This document shows positions 61,871 through 64,000 of a stretch of DNA of 64,000 nucleotides, in pieces. The first letter of the stretch is position 1. Each line of letters begins with the position of its first letter. The notes beneath the pieces were generated by a model. That model was not told where the DNA came from and searched no databases. It saw nothing but the letters and a program-made list of their open reading frames with translations. The position numbers and the translations under genes are program-made. Origin of the DNA: the human T2T-CHM13v2.0 reference genome, Homo sapiens. The stretch is taken from the NCBI RefSeq assembly GCF_009914755.1, contig NC_060928.1; one strand, given 5' to 3'.

Positions 61871-61996
61871 CAGCCTACTCCCTCCAAATTACACAAGCCT
61901 TGTAGAATTAGATTCTAAGCAAATGGTGTGTTCACCAGGTGAATGTGAAGTAAAATAGAATGTCCCTTGCGGGCCGTATAACTTCGACAATATTAC
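61871..61996 (-). pseudogene. TMED11P: TMED11P GOLD-domain exon with an in-frame stop ([41 protein letters not shown])
   Basis: cctag|GTA...CTG|gtgag, 126 nt; TAA at 61889-61891. Confidence 0.93.
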
Positions 61997-62239
61997 CTAG
62001 GATTAAGGATTTCCATAAATTGAGTTTATTATTTTCTAGTTTCCATTCTTAAAAATAAATCTCTACAAATTATCTAGCAAAAAATTGTGCCATTCCTAAA
62101 ACAAGAAATCAAATGGCTAATAAACATGAAAAATATTCAGCCTTGCTAGTAATTAAAAAATTCAAACTACAGTAAGATAGCCCTTGTTCATTGTCAGATT
62201 GACAAAGATTTAAAAGTATCCAGGGATAGTATGGACAAC

Positions 62240-64000
<1,761 letters not shown>

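Overview
This is primate, almost certainly human, genomic DNA from a GC-rich, minisatellite-dense region that I recognise as 4p16.3. It holds the whole meiotic crossover gene RNF212 (Zip3 family, C3HC4 RING plus coiled coil) on the minus strand. Ten GT-AG coding exons from ATG 58187 to TGA 17635 sum to 894 nt (297 aa). An alternative acceptor gives a 232-aa form and an alternative terminal exon gives a 280-aa form. About 15 kb further downstream are in-frame exons (3205-3277, 1723-1889, 1284-1321) resembling the mouse RNF212 C-terminus, which the canonical human isoform lacks. Also present: a processed PPP2R2A (PP2A B55-alpha) pseudogene in intron 2, the last three exons of the TMED11P pseudogene with a single visible nonsense codon, a SNORA48 retrocopy, a full THE1/MST MaLR provirus, about eight tandem repeats (two abutting splice donors), and many Alu, L1 and DNA-transposon remnants. 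Family and orthologue identifications come from recalled sequences, not database searches. Repeat boundaries are approximate.
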